Below, piece by piece: positions 29,237-40,170 of a DNA stretch of 64,000 nucleotides. The first letter of the stretch is position 1, and the number at the start of each line of letters is the position of its first letter. Source of the stretch: Campylobacter sp. Its GTDB lineage: Bacteria > Campylobacterota > Campylobacteria > Campylobacterales > Campylobacteraceae. Location of the stretch: assembly GCF_052169515.1 (NCBI RefSeq), contig NZ_JBQNCH010000013.1:2577-66576 (forward strand). The letters run 5' to 3'. The notes below the pieces were generated by a model that did not search any database, was not told where the DNA came from, and saw nothing but the letters and a program-made list of their open reading frames with translations. The position numbers and the translations under genes were made by a program.

Positions 29237-29692
29237 TTAAACGTATCTTTTGATGGCAGCTCTCGCTTCTTTGTCTGCCTCGCGTCTCTTTAGGGTCTCG
29301 CGTTTGTCATGTAAATTTTTACCTTTTGCGAGTGCTAGCCTTGCTTTTACGATGTTTTTATCGCTTAAATAAAGTGCCAAAACGACCAAAGCAAGCCCAT
29401 CTTGTGAGACTTGACCAAAAATTTTATCGATTTGTTTTCTGTGCATCAAAAGCTTTCTTGCTGCTCGTTCATTTGGACGAAATGCACTATGCGTGGTTTC
29501 AAGATAACTAATGTGCGCGTTTAGTAAAAAAAGTTCACCCTTTATGACACGCACAAAGCTATCTTTTAAATTTGCTCTGCCAGCTCTTAAAGCCTTTACT
29601 TCACTGCCTTTTAGCACGATGCCAGCCTCGAAGGTCTCAAGTATGCTAAAGTCATGTAAAGCTTTTTTATTTTTTGCTAGATCTTTTATCAA
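29237..29692 (-). CDS. smpB: SsrA-binding protein
   Basis: [45 protein letters not shown] start. Confidence 0.97.
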   Translation of the reverse strand: MIKDLAKNKKALHDFSILETFEAGIVLKGSEVKALRAGRANLKDSFVRVIKGELFLLNAHISYLETTHSAFRPNERAARKLLMHRKQIDKIFGQVSQDGLALVVLALYLSDKNIVKARLALAKGKNLHDKRETLKRREADKEARAAIKRYV

Positions 29693-29703
29693 AATTTTAC
29701 CTT

Positions 29704-30447
29704 TTATTTTACGCTAAATACGCTACTGCCGCTGCCACTTAGAAATTTATCTCTAAACTTATTCATCTGTGGGTAGAGTTTAAAGCATGGCGCAAAAAGA
29801 TCATTTAGTTCCTCGTTTTTATAAATTTCAAGTAGCTCTTTGCTTTTTAAATTTTGCATCTTTTTTGCAGTATCAACGTCTATATATTGTAAGAAATTGC
29901 TTCTAAATTCTTGATAAACCATAGGTGTAGAGCAAAAAACATCCGGGGTAAAGATGCTTAAATTTGGTACTTCATCGTCAAATTCTTCTATGATTTCGCC
30001 TATCCCACTTACATTTGCTGCCTTGTAGCCACTTACGAAAAAGGCGACATCCGCACCGATTTTAGAGGCTATTTGCATCAAATTTTCACGTTTTATTTTT
30101 AAATTTAGCTCATCATTTATCATGAGTAAAAAAGTGGCCGCATTAGAGCTGCCTCCACCAAGACCAGCACCAATTGGGATATTTTTATTGATAATAATTT
30201 TATGCGAGCTACAAAATTTGTCAAGCTCGTTATTAAAGCCTGCTTTTTTTAACTCGTCTATCGCTTTTTGAATAATGTTATCTTTTATTTCGTGGTTGTT
30301 GCATTCTATTGCAAACGAATCTGACTTTTCAAAATAAATTTCGTCAAAAAGTTGCTCGCAAAGAACAAAACGCGACAAAATTTCATGGTAATTGCCTCTT
30401 GTGCCAACTACTTTTAAAAATACATTTATCTTTGCAAAGCTTTTCAT
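29704..30447 (-). CDS. ispE: 4-diphosphocytidyl-2-C-methyl-D-erythritol kinase
   Basis: [39 protein letters not shown]. Confidence 0.95.
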   Translation of the reverse strand: MKSFAKINVFLKVVGTRGNYHEILSRFVLCEQLFDEIYFEKSDSFAIECNNHEIKDNIIQKAIDELKKAGFNNELDKFCSSHKIIINKNIPIGAGLGGGSSNAATFLLMINDELNLKIKRENLMQIASKIGADVAFFVSGYKAANVSGIGEIIEEFDDEVPNLSIFTPDVFCSTPMVYQEFRSNFLQYIDVDTAKKMQNLKSKELLEIYKNEELNDLFAPCFKLYPQMNKFRDKFLSGSGSSVFSVK

Positions 30448-30674
30448 TTCTCGATTTTTTTTGCTAACTCGTAAATATCGGCCTCATCTGCACTTTTTGT
30501 GGCATGTATATTTTCATTTTTGATGTCATTTACTAGCTCGCTTCTTAGTATCATTGTGTTACGTGGAGCTTCGATGCCAAGTTTGACAGTATTTTTTGAT
30601 ATGCTTACTATGACGACTTTTATGTCATTTCCTATTAAAATTTCTTCATTTTCTTTTCTTGCTAGGATTAACAT
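30444..30674 (-). CDS. csrA: Carbon storage regulator CsrA
   Basis: MLILARKENEEILIG, VKLGIEAPRNTMILRSEL. Confidence 0.96.
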   Translation of the reverse strand: MLILARKENEEILIGNDIKVVIVSISKNTVKLGIEAPRNTMILRSELVNDIKNENIHATKSADEADIYELAKKIEK

Positions 30675-31489
30675 TTTTCAACCTTGTTTAGAGTGTAATT
30701 TATAGTATCATCCATGATTTGGATTACGCTCATAAATTTATCATAATTTAGCAAATAAATTCCTTGTGCTTGTGTTTCAAAATCGTTAATTTTTAATTTT
30801 TTACCATCAAGAATATTATTTATATCCCCAAAATACTTATTTTGCTCGATATTTAAAAAATTGCAAATATTTAAAAATTTTTCATTTTCATAGCAAAAAT
30901 TGCCCTCGCTTACCCTCTTTAATGAGCTTAAAGTTACATTATAACCAAGTTTTTTTCCAAAAATTTCTGCATAAGAGCGGATGTAACTCCCCTCGCTTAC
31001 ACTTAAGCGAATTGTTAAAAATGGGTGTGAGTAGTTTAAAATTTGACTCTCATAAATTTCCATAGTCTCTGGCTTTAGTTCAAATTCTTCGCCACTTCTA
31101 GCTAGCTTATAAGCTCTCGTGCCATTTACATGTTTGGCGCTAAATTTAGGCGGTACGTAGCTTATTTTACCGGTTAGCTCGGCTCTTATAGCTTCAAGTC
31201 TTTCTAAATTTATCTCTTTTACATTTGAAATTTTAGTGATATTTTCATTGTCCATGCTGGGACTGCTCGCTCCAAGCCAAATCGTCGCCTCATAGACCTT
31301 TGGACTTTTATCTAAAAATCTAAAAAATTTCGTATACGAGCCAAAAGCGACTATCAAACAGCCACTCGCAAATGGATCAAGTGTGCCAGAAAATCCAGCT
31401 TTTTTAACACCGTATTTTCTTTTAAGCTTTCCTAAAAAGTGATTTGAGCTCATGCCAGCTGGCTTGTTTGCCACGAAAATGGCGTTCAT
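30668..31489 (-). CDS. truB: tRNA pseudouridine(55) synthase
   Basis: KAGFSGTLDPFASG, PPKFSAKHVNG, GSYIRS. Confidence 0.96.
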   Translation of the reverse strand: MNAIFVANKPAGMSSNHFLGKLKRKYGVKKAGFSGTLDPFASGCLIVAFGSYTKFFRFLDKSPKVYEATIWLGASSPSMDNENITKISNVKEINLERLEAIRAELTGKISYVPPKFSAKHVNGTRAYKLARSGEEFELKPETMEIYESQILNYSHPFLTIRLSVSEGSYIRSYAEIFGKKLGYNVTLSSLKRVSEGNFCYENEKFLNICNFLNIEQNKYFGDINNILDGKKLKINDFETQAQGIYLLNYDKFMSVIQIMDDTINYTLNKVEKC

Positions 31490-33555
31490 ACTGCCTTTTC
31501 CACAAAGCTTGACATGATCTCTCTTACGTTGCCACCAAAATTTATAGTTAGTTTAAACTCTTTTTTGATCTTGCTAACAGCACTCACCCTACCGATACCA
31601 AAAATTTTATGTTTAACAAGGTCACCTTTTTTAAACTCATTGCTCTGTTCGATAACGAGCGAGCCATGAGTAGTGCCGCTTTCGCTTAAAAATCTACTCT
31701 TATTTAACCTCGTGCGCTGACCCTTGTAAAAGCGCGAATTTGCAAAGCTTAGACTAAGTGTCTTTTTGGCCCTTGTGATCGCCACGTATGCAAGCCTGCG
31801 TTCTTCTTCGATATCGCTACCATCGCCAATGAGTGGAAAAAATCCCTCTTCAAGGCCGATCACAAAAAGGTGTTCAAACTCAAGCCCTTTACTCGCATGT
31901 ACACTCATGATACTAATTGCCTCATCGCTGATACCGTCTTGCTCACTTGTTAGAGTGATCTCATTTAGAAATTCCTCCAGATCAAAGCTTGGATTTTGCT
32001 TGATTTGATCTTTTAAAACAGCGTAAAACTCGTCGATGTTCGCCGCTCTTTCAGAGCCATCTGGCAAGCTCTCATAGTATTTTTTTACGCCAAATTTTGC
32101 TTCAAATTTATCTATTAGATCAAAAACAGAGCTACTTTCTTGAAGTTCTTTTAGGTTGTTTGCAAACTCAACAAGTGCAGATTTTACCTTTTTGCTAAAG
32201 ACTTCATCGTTATCTGAAATGTTTGATATCGCTTCAAAAATAGAAATTTTTCCATCAAACGCCATTTTTTCAAGCTTATCAAGGCTTACTTTGCCTAGTC
32301 CTCGCTTTGGACGATTTATGATGCGCCTTATCGAAAAATCATCGTTTGGATTGTTTATGAGTCTTAGATAACTGATTATATCTTTAATCTCGGCTCGTTC
32401 GTAAAATTTCACACCACCTACCATTTTATAGGCAATTTGTTCTTTGTTTAGTCCATCTTCGAGTGAGCGAGAGAGCGCATTTATGCGGTATAAGATAGCG
32501 ATATCCTTTGCTTGCACGCCTTTACTTAAAAGCTCTTTTATGTTTTTTGCGATCTTGCCAGCCTCTGTATTTTCATCAAGGCTTTCTATTAAATTTATCG
32601 CTTCGCCTTCATCTTTTGTGCCAACTAGCTTTTTGCCAAGGCGGTTACGGTTATGATCTATCAGCTCGTTTGCAGCTTTTAGTATCGCCTCGCTTGAGCG
32701 ATAGTTTTTTTCTAGTCTTATGACCTTTACATCTTTAAATTGATCTTTAAAATTTAAGATATTGTCTATCTTGGCGCCGCGCCAGCCATAGATACTTTGG
32801 TCATCGTCGCCCACGACACAGATATTTTCGTGGCACAAGCAGAGCTTCTTTAGGAGTTTGTACTGAAGGTCGTTTGTGTCTTGATACTCATCGACCATTA
32901 TGTATTTGTAGCTATTTGAAATTTCTCTCGCAAGATCTTCGTTTTCATCTAAAATTTTATACGTAAGTCCTAGTAGATCGTCAAAATCAACAAGATTATT
33001 TGTTTTGAGATAATCTTCATATTTTTCATAAACTTGAGCTGCTTGCTTGTAAAAATTATCTTTGTTTTTATCAAATGATGAAAAATTTGCATTTTTATAG
33101 ACCTCTTCAACGCTTAAAAGTGAGTTTTTGTAGTTTGAAATTTCACTTGAAAGTATCGCTGTTGCAACCGGACTTTCAAAGCTTTTGATGATGCGTTTTT
33201 TATCGTCTGTGTCGATTATTACGAAATTATTTTTTCTGCCAAGCTTTTCGATGTAGAGCTTTAAAAATAAAAGTCCAAATTTATGAAACGTACAAAGTAG
33301 TGGCGAGTAGTTTTTGCCACTTTGGCTGAGCATAGCCATGGCTCTACTTCGCATCTCGTTGGCGGCTTTGTTTGTAAAAGTAAGAGTTAGTGTATTTGCA
33401 GCGTCTATACCGACCTCTCCGATGAGGTAGGCGAGTCTAGTAGTGATCGTCTTTGTCTTACCGCTTCCAGCTCCTGCAAGTATGAGCATCGGACCATCTA
33501 TATGAGTGGCTGCTTCGCATTGGGCTTCGTTTAAATTTGATAGTAGTTTTTCCAT
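31486..33555 (-). CDS. uvrD: UvrD/PcrA-family ATP-dependent DNA helicase
   Basis: AGAGSGKT, TFTNKAA, VDEYQDTN, VGDDDQSIYGWRG, EERRLAYVAITRA. Confidence 0.93.
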   Translation of the reverse strand: MEKLLSNLNEAQCEAATHIDGPMLILAGAGSGKTKTITTRLAYLIGEVGIDAANTLTLTFTNKAANEMRSRAMAMLSQSGKNYSPLLCTFHKFGLLFLKLYIEKLGRKNNFVIIDTDDKKRIIKSFESPVATAILSSEISNYKNSLLSVEEVYKNANFSSFDKNKDNFYKQAAQVYEKYEDYLKTNNLVDFDDLLGLTYKILDENEDLAREISNSYKYIMVDEYQDTNDLQYKLLKKLCLCHENICVVGDDDQSIYGWRGAKIDNILNFKDQFKDVKVIRLEKNYRSSEAILKAANELIDHNRNRLGKKLVGTKDEGEAINLIESLDENTEAGKIAKNIKELLSKGVQAKDIAILYRINALSRSLEDGLNKEQIAYKMVGGVKFYERAEIKDIISYLRLINNPNDDFSIRRIINRPKRGLGKVSLDKLEKMAFDGKISIFEAISNISDNDEVFSKKVKSALVEFANNLKELQESSSVFDLIDKFEAKFGVKKYYESLPDGSERAANIDEFYAVLKDQIKQNPSFDLEEFLNEITLTSEQDGISDEAISIMSVHASKGLEFEHLFVIGLEEGFFPLIGDGSDIEEERRLAYVAITRAKKTLSLSFANSRFYKGQRTRLNKSRFLSESGTTHGSLVIEQSNEFKKGDLVKHKIFGIGRVSAVSKIKKEFKLTINFGGNVREIMSSFVEKAV

Positions 33556-33606
33556 TTTTTACTTTTTAAATTTTCTTTTGATTTTAGCCAAAAATGCTTA
33601 AAACTA

Positions 33607-34056
33607 CTATTTTTTCTTAAATATATCTTTATTTTTTGGATTTTGTAAAAAAACAGAAGCCGATTTTTTGGCAAGATCTGCTTGTTTTTCTTTTGGTTTG
33701 TGAATAGAAAAATTTACAAGTATTGGACTATTTTCAACCAAAATTTGAACAATACCACCAAGTGGAAAAGAGACCACAGAGGCGAAATTTTCACTACCAA
33801 AGCCAGCCTCAAAGCTAAGCTCATCTTGCGTTAGTTTCGTACTCTCAAGCGTATATCCACCAAGTGAGAACATAATGACTGGCATGCTAAAGCTCTTGCT
33901 TATCTCATCTGGCAAGCTAGGCTCAAAGCTAACTAGCGGCAAATTTGCCACAACTGAGAAATTTACCCCTTTTTCAAGCAAAAAATCAATGCATTCATAA
34001 ACGTGCATCTTCATCAAAAGTGCAAATTTCTCATCATCTAAAATTTCATCTAACAT
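33607..34056 (-). CDS. Conserved hypothetical protein
   Basis: 149-aa ORF coupled to pepF; LGGYTLES, FEAGFG segments. Confidence 0.75.
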   Translation of the reverse strand: MLDEILDDEKFALLMKMHVYECIDFLLEKGVNFSVVANLPLVSFEPSLPDEISKSFSMPVIMFSLGGYTLESTKLTQDELSFEAGFGSENFASVVSFPLGGIVQILVENSPILVNFSIHKPKEKQADLAKKSASVFLQNPKNKDIFKKK

Positions 34057-35780
34057 TTTATTCCTTTTGAAATTTCTAAAAATTCATCTACTAGCTTTTT
34101 AACTTCATTTATGCCTATCTGCCAGAAATTTTTATCATCTATGTCAAAGCCAAATTTACCAACAAGCTCCCTTGGGCTAAGACTGCCGCCAAGACTTAAA
34201 AACTCGGTGTAAATTTCTACAAAATTTTTGCATTTGCCGCTTTTATAAAGTCCAAAAAGTGCAAGCACTAGAAGCTGCGCGTAAGAGTAGGCGTAGCAGT
34301 AAAACGGCGTGTGGATGAAGTGCGGGATGTAGCTCCACCAAATTTTGTAGTAGTCATTTAGCGTTACACTTTTACCAAACATTTTTTTGCTCTCTTGAAG
34401 CCAAATTTTATTTAGATCATCTAGGCTGATCTCGCCCTCATGTGCGTGCACAGCTCGCTCAAATGTGGTGAAATTTATCTGGCGGTAAAGCGTGGCAAAT
34501 ATATCCTCGATCTTGCCGGCAAGCAGTGAAATTTTCTCTTTTTTGCTAAGACCGTCTTTTATGTGATCAAAAACTAACATCTCGCAAAAGACTGAAGCCG
34601 TCTCAGCCGTGGTTAGTGGCGTATCTGAGTTTAAGTAGCTTACGTTATATGAGAGCTTTTGATGCACGGCATGGCCAAGCTCGTGAGCAAGTGTGAAAAG
34701 GTCTCTTCGTTGATTTGTGTGATTTAGCAAAACATAAGGGTGTGTGTCACTTGAACCTGAGTGAGAAAACGCACCGCCTCGCTTGTTTGGCGCTGGATAA
34801 ACGTCGATCCAGCCGTCACTAAAGGCACTTTTAGCAATCTCGCCAAATTTGTTTGAGAAATTTGAAAATGCTTTTAAAACTATCTTTTTACAATCATCAA
34901 ATTTATATTCTCCTTCACTGCTAAGAGGTGCGTATCTGTCGTAGTCATAAAGCCTTTTAAGGCCTAAAATTTCTCTTTTTCGCTCGTAAAATTTACAAAC
35001 TAGGTCAAAATTTTTCTCAGTTACAGCGATTAGCGAATCGACACTTTTTTTGGTGATTTGATTTTCAAGGTGTCTTGGCTCTTCTGGTAGCTTAAAATTT
35101 CTAAGCTCGCAGCTCGTTTTTAGATCAGTTTTTATCATATTATATATGTAGCCAAGAAGGTGCTGGTGCTTACTAAGCTCGTTTGAAAGGCTTTTGGCAG
35201 CTAGTTTTCGCACGCTTTGATCGTTATCATGAAGCTTGGCTAAAATTTCCTCTTCGCTTAAAAGCTCGCCTTTAAATTTAAACCTCATCTTGCTCATGCT
35301 CTCATCAAAAAGCCTCGAAAATCCCTCAGCTCCGGTGCTTGCAGTGCGAAGTAATACTCTTTCTTCGGCGACGCTTAGCTGGTGCGGTTTTGCTTTGGCA
35401 AGATTGCTTAGATAGTAGCCATATTTTTTGGAGCTTTTGATGATCTCTTCTTGTTTTTTAGGGCTAAGCTCATTAAATTTGATCTCAAAAAATATCAAAT
35501 TTTCATTTGCTTTTGTTGCGATCTCGTCGATCTTTGCATAAAATGCGCCCTTGCTTGTATCTTTAGCAAAATTTAAAAAAGCGTAAGTCATGGTTTTTGA
35601 AATTTTAGCTATCAAGCTTTCATATTCGCCAAATGCCTTTAAAAACTCATCTGTTTTTAAATTGTCATATTTTTCTAAATATTTTTCTTTAAATTTTTCA
35701 CACTCTTTTTGTAAATTTCGAGCGTTTTGTTCGCACTCTTTTTCGTTTGCAAATAGTACTTTTAAATCCCAAACCTGCAT
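34050..35780 (-). CDS. pepF: M3B oligoendopeptidase F
   Basis: KRGGAF, TLAHELGHAVH (HExxH), AETAS, IPHFIHTPFYCYAY. Confidence 0.93.
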   Translation of the reverse strand: MQVWDLKVLFANEKECEQNARNLQKECEKFKEKYLEKYDNLKTDEFLKAFGEYESLIAKISKTMTYAFLNFAKDTSKGAFYAKIDEIATKANENLIFFEIKFNELSPKKQEEIIKSSKKYGYYLSNLAKAKPHQLSVAEERVLLRTASTGAEGFSRLFDESMSKMRFKFKGELLSEEEILAKLHDNDQSVRKLAAKSLSNELSKHQHLLGYIYNMIKTDLKTSCELRNFKLPEEPRHLENQITKKSVDSLIAVTEKNFDLVCKFYERKREILGLKRLYDYDRYAPLSSEGEYKFDDCKKIVLKAFSNFSNKFGEIAKSAFSDGWIDVYPAPNKRGGAFSHSGSSDTHPYVLLNHTNQRRDLFTLAHELGHAVHQKLSYNVSYLNSDTPLTTAETASVFCEMLVFDHIKDGLSKKEKISLLAGKIEDIFATLYRQINFTTFERAVHAHEGEISLDDLNKIWLQESKKMFGKSVTLNDYYKIWWSYIPHFIHTPFYCYAYSYAQLLVLALFGLYKSGKCKNFVEIYTEFLSLGGSLSPRELVGKFGFDIDDKNFWQIGINEVKKLVDEFLEISKGIKC

Positions 35781-35829
35781 AAATTTCCTTTATAATTTTT
35801 GGGATATTTTACAAAAAAATGGATAAAAG

Positions 35830-35862
35830 TAAAATTTCAGCCAAAATTTAGCTGAAATTTTA
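35830..35862 (-). terminator. Inverted repeat after sstT
   Basis: TAAAATTTCAGC-N9-GCTGAAATTTTA. Confidence 0.7.
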
Positions 35863-35868
35863 TGAATA

Positions 35869-37236
35869 TTAGTTTGAAGTTTCTGAAGCTACTGCTGTAA
35901 AAAGTACATCAGATGAGCTATTTAACGCAGTTTCAACTGAGTCTTGGATAACACCAATGGTAAAGCCAACTGTAACAAACTGCATTGCTATGTCGTTATT
36001 TATGCCAAAAAGCCCGCATGCTAGTGGCACTAAAAGTAGCGAGCCACCAGCCACGCCCGAAGCGCCGCATGCACCAAGAGCTGAGATAAAGCAAAGAAGC
36101 AGTGCGTCACCAAATGTGACTGTTATAGATGGGATAGAATTTACCGCTGTGAGCGCTAGAATACTGATCGTAACTGCTGCACCACCCATGTTTATAGTAG
36201 CTCCTAGTGGGATTGAGATAGAGTATAGCTCTTCTTTTAACCCAAGTTTTTTGCAAAGTGCCATATTTACAGGAATATTTGCAGCTGAACTTCTTGTAAA
36301 AAATGCTGAAATAGCACTCTCTTTTAAGCAGATCATGACAAGTGGATAAGGATTTTTTCTAGTTAATATAAAAACCATTGCTGGATAGATGATAAATGCG
36401 ACAACAAGCATTGCTCCAACAAGAACCAAGATGAGTTTAAGATATCCTGCAAGTACCTCAAATCCAGTTTCATGAATGCTAATAGCTACCATGCCAAAAA
36501 TGCCAAATGGAGCTAGTCTAATGATAAATTTAACAATATGAGTTACGCCATCACTTATATCTTTAAAGACTTTTTTGGTCTCGGCTGTGGAGTTTCTAAG
36601 TGCTATACCACTACCAACTGCCCAAGTGATGATACCTATATAGTTACCATTAGCTAAAGCGTTTATTGGGTTTTCAACCATTTTATAAATAAGATCTTTT
36701 AAAACATTGGTAATTCCCTGAGGCGCTGACATATCAGCACTTTGTAGGCCTTTTAAAGAAAGCTCCACTGGGAACAAGAAACTAGCAACAACTGCCACAA
36801 CGGCTGCTAAAAACGTACCGACAAGATAGAGAGTAATGATCTTTTGCATACCTTTTGCATGGCCAAAATCTTTTATAATAATAGAGGTTGCAACTAGAAC
36901 AAAAACAAGTATAGGAGCGATGGCTTTTAGCGCGCCTTTAAACAGATCGCCTAAAACTGAAGCTGAAGCCGCTATAGAATCAGCTGAACTGGCTTTTTCT
37001 TTGGCTTCGTTTAACTGTTTGACTTCATCTTGACTAAGGCGAGTTTTTATAACTTCGTCTACGCTTAAACTGCTCTCTTTTTGGATCGTCTGAATTTTAG
37101 CTGAGACCTCGCTATATGGAGCTGCTTGGTAGTGTGTGTAAAAGCCAATCATGGCACCTAGAATGATACCAACTAAAATTTGAACGATCAAATTTCCATC
37201 GGCGTATCTTCTTGCAATGTTTTTAAACATATTCAT
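35869..37236 (-). CDS. sstT: Serine/threonine:Na+ symporter
   Basis: [50 protein letters not shown]. Confidence 0.93.
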   Translation of the reverse strand: MNMFKNIARRYADGNLIVQILVGIILGAMIGFYTHYQAAPYSEVSAKIQTIQKESSLSVDEVIKTRLSQDEVKQLNEAKEKASSADSIAASASVLGDLFKGALKAIAPILVFVLVATSIIIKDFGHAKGMQKIITLYLVGTFLAAVVAVVASFLFPVELSLKGLQSADMSAPQGITNVLKDLIYKMVENPINALANGNYIGIITWAVGSGIALRNSTAETKKVFKDISDGVTHIVKFIIRLAPFGIFGMVAISIHETGFEVLAGYLKLILVLVGAMLVVAFIIYPAMVFILTRKNPYPLVMICLKESAISAFFTRSSAANIPVNMALCKKLGLKEELYSISIPLGATINMGGAAVTISILALTAVNSIPSITVTFGDALLLCFISALGACGASGVAGGSLLLVPLACGLFGINNDIAMQFVTVGFTIGVIQDSVETALNSSSDVLFTAVASETSN

Positions 37237-37374
37237 TTGAAACCTTAATAAATTAATTTTTTGCTGATTTTAGCTAAACAATTTTTAAATATAAAGAAAT
37301 TTAGATAGATTAATTCGCTTTTTATAAAGATTAGTTACAATTGCACAAAAATTTAGTCAAGAAAAAGGATGAAA

Positions 37375-38580
37375 ATGTATCTATTTACTTCCGAAGTTGT
37401 AAGTCCAGGTCATCCAGATAAATGTGCTGATATAATTGCTGATAGCATTGTTGATACCATTTTAACGCAAGATCCAAATGGCCGTGTTGCAAGTGAAGTT
37501 TTTGTAGCTGGGAAAAACATAGTAATAGGCGGAGAGATAAACTCAAAAGTAAAACTCTCTTTTAAAGATTACGAAAAGATCGTAAAAGACGCTCTTGCAC
37601 ACATTGGATATGATGGGAAGAGTAATTTTACAAAAGAGCAGTGCTTGCATCCAGATGATATTGAGGTCAAGGTCTGCTTAAATCAACAAAGCCCAGATAT
37701 AAATCAAGGTGTTGATCAAAGTAGCGGTGAGATCGGGGCAGGGGATCAAGGTATCATGTTTGGCTTTGCAAGCTGCGAAGCGAAAGAATTTATGCCAGCA
37801 GCCATAACTTACGCAAGAATGCTTTGCGATAAAGTCTATAAATTTGCAAAAGCAAACCCTGATAAACTTGGTGTTGATATAAAAACGCAAGTTACGATTG
37901 ACTATGGCAGTAAAGATAATTTTGAAAACTGCAAACCTCAAAGCATCCACACTATCGTCGTCTCTGCACCTTGCACGGAGAGCATGAAGATAGAAGAGCT
38001 TCGCGCTTTGATTCAAAATTTAATAGACGAAACTGGCCTTCCAAAAGAGCTATATAATAAAGAAAAAACGATCATCTATATAAACCCAACAGGCAGATAT
38101 GTAAACCACAGCTCACTTCATGATAGCGGCCTAACAGGCAGAAAGCTCATTGTTGATAGCTTTGGAGGGTATAGCCCGATAGGTGGTGGTGCTCAGTCAA
38201 GTAAGGACTACACAAAGGTTGATCGCAGCGGACTTTACGCAGCGCGTTGGATAGCTAAAAATATCGTCGCAGCTGGCCTTGCTAAAAAATGTATCGTTCA
38301 GATAAGCTACGCAATCGGCGTTGCAAAGCCAACTTCAGTTAGTGTTGATACCATGGGAACTCACGCAAACAGCATAAATGACGATATGCTTTCAAATTTT
38401 GTAAGTGAGCATTTTTCTCTAACTCCTCGCTGGATAACAAACAAATTTGGTCTTGACAAGCCAAGCAAAGAGACCTTTTTATACGCAAAAGTAGCTGCAA
38501 AAGGTCAAGTGGGAAATGCAAAATACCCTTGGGAAAAGCTTGATGCGGTTGATACCTTCAAGGCTTTACTAAAAAAATAA
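37375..38580 (+). CDS. metK: S-adenosylmethionine synthetase
   Basis: FTSEVVSPGHPDK, GAGDQG, GLTGRK, KVDRSG; second ATG (37375) has better SD spacing than 37369. Confidence 0.97.
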   Translation: MYLFTSEVVSPGHPDKCADIIADSIVDTILTQDPNGRVASEVFVAGKNIVIGGEINSKVKLSFKDYEKIVKDALAHIGYDGKSNFTKEQCLHPDDIEVKVCLNQQSPDINQGVDQSSGEIGAGDQGIMFGFASCEAKEFMPAAITYARMLCDKVYKFAKANPDKLGVDIKTQVTIDYGSKDNFENCKPQSIHTIVVSAPCTESMKIEELRALIQNLIDETGLPKELYNKEKTIIYINPTGRYVNHSSLHDSGLTGRKLIVDSFGGYSPIGGGAQSSKDYTKVDRSGLYAARWIAKNIVAAGLAKKCIVQISYAIGVAKPTSVSVDTMGTHANSINDDMLSNFVSEHFSLTPRWITNKFGLDKPSKETFLYAKVAAKGQVGNAKYPWEKLDAVDTFKALLKK

Positions 38581-38587
38581 TCATATC

Positions 38588-38614
38588 AAAGTGGCTTTAT
38601 ATAAAAGCCACTTT
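38588..38614. terminator. Bidirectional terminator between convergent metK and lnt
   Basis: AAAGTGGCTTT-ATATA-AAAGCCACTTT. Confidence 0.85.
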
Positions 38615-38629
38615 AAATTCTAAGCTCTC

Positions 38630-39922
38630 TTAGAACTTACTCCAAAATGCTTTTTTAGGTTTTATGATCTCGCTTTTTGAGCCATTTACGCTGTGATAAA
38701 CGACTTTATTGTATTTTGTGGCAAGGTGTTTTATTAATAGTCTTTGAAGCACAGGTTCGCTACTTGGCGCAAACCAGCCGTTATTTGTGATAGCTACAAC
38801 CACGTCAAATTTGCCCTTATAAAGCTCCTCTTTTGTCGCCTCATAGCAGATAGCGTTTCTAATTTTAACTCCGTCTATCTCATAGTCGCTAAAATTTTCA
38901 GCCTTTTTAAAGTCACTAGCTCCGCCAAAAAATAGCTTATTTACCGCATCTTGCATGAAATTTGGTAGAGGAATTTCTTCCCCAAATGGCACTAAAAATT
39001 TCTTATCCATTCGCCTAAGATTACCATCTTGAAACAAAAATGCAGAGTTATAAATTTGCTTATTTTCATAGGCAAGTGCGCCAGCTACGATAGTTATCTT
39101 TTTTGAAAGCTCTTTTAGTTCATCAACAAGCAATGGCTCATTTGTCATAAATAGTGGAAACGCGCTCTCTGGCAGTACGATAAGGCGTTTTTGCCCAGCT
39201 ATGGCGCTACTTATCATGTCTAAATTTTCATTTGTAAATTCCATACGTAAATTCTTATCCCAGCGTACCCTTTGAGCAACATCTGTATTTATTAGCTCCA
39301 CTTCAAATGGTAGAGTTTTTGCCTCGCTACTTTTAAATTGTAAAGCAGCGATTAGGCAGACAAAAGCTAGGCCAAATTTTAAAAATTTATTATTTAGACT
39401 TAAAGAGATGGCTGCCAAAAATATAAATATAAGCCCTCTCGTACTTGGCTCAAAAGGCCCTAAAACAAGCGTTGCTTCAAGATTAAACCAGTTAAAACCA
39501 AAAGGGTGAATATAACCTACTAAAAATAATAAAATCGCCCTAAGTGCTACAAAGCTAGGAAATGATGCCACCCAAAACATAAGCCCATAAACAAGAGCTA
39601 CAAAGAGGATTATAAATGGTATGAGCCAGACGAGATCGTAGTAGATAAAGCTAAAGCTAATCCAGTAAAACCACAAAATTCCAGTGAAAAATCCAGCTGC
39701 AAAAAATCCAGCCCTGTTTAAATTTATGATGATGTAAATTCCAGTCAAAGTTAAAAACGGTGAGATGAAATTTAAGAGCGAGTTTTCAAAGAAACTTAAA
39801 AAAATGAAATTAGCTAGCAAAAAAGCACCAACAAAGGCTTTTATTATAATTTTAGTGCTAAAATGTCCCTTTAAAAATCTTACAAATAAGGAAATCCATG
39901 CAAAACGCAGAATTTTTAACAT
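38630..39922 (-). CDS. lnt: Apolipoprotein N-acyltransferase
   Basis: Multi-TM N-half; nitrilase triad LPESA (E), KKFLVPFGE (K), ICYE (C), TNNGWF. Confidence 0.93.
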   Translation of the reverse strand: MLKILRFAWISLFVRFLKGHFSTKIIIKAFVGAFLLANFIFLSFFENSLLNFISPFLTLTGIYIIINLNRAGFFAAGFFTGILWFYWISFSFIYYDLVWLIPFIILFVALVYGLMFWVASFPSFVALRAILLFLVGYIHPFGFNWFNLEATLVLGPFEPSTRGLIFIFLAAISLSLNNKFLKFGLAFVCLIAALQFKSSEAKTLPFEVELINTDVAQRVRWDKNLRMEFTNENLDMISSAIAGQKRLIVLPESAFPLFMTNEPLLVDELKELSKKITIVAGALAYENKQIYNSAFLFQDGNLRRMDKKFLVPFGEEIPLPNFMQDAVNKLFFGGASDFKKAENFSDYEIDGVKIRNAICYEATKEELYKGKFDVVVAITNNGWFAPSSEPVLQRLLIKHLATKYNKVVYHSVNGSKSEIIKPKKAFWSKF

Positions 39923-40170
39923 CACTACTACCCCTTGTTGTGCTTTTCGCTATTTTTTACTTTTTGGTTATTAGACCTCAACAAAAGCAACAAAAAGCCC
40001 ATGCAGCGATGCTTGCAGCTCTTGATAAAGGCGATAAGATAATAACCAATGGCGGACTTATATGCGAAGTGATTAAGGCCGAAAACGATTTTATCAAAGT
40101 TAAACTTAACGATGATGTAATTGTTCGTGTAGCACGTGAGTTTGTAGCTAAAAAGATCGAAGATAAGTAA
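39898..40170 (+). CDS. yajC: Preprotein translocase subunit YajC
   Basis: FYFLVIRPQQKQQK, GDKIITNGGL. Confidence 0.96.
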   Translation: MQNAEFLTSLLPLVVLFAIFYFLVIRPQQKQQKAHAAMLAALDKGDKIITNGGLICEVIKAENDFIKVKLNDDVIVRVAREFVAKKIEDK

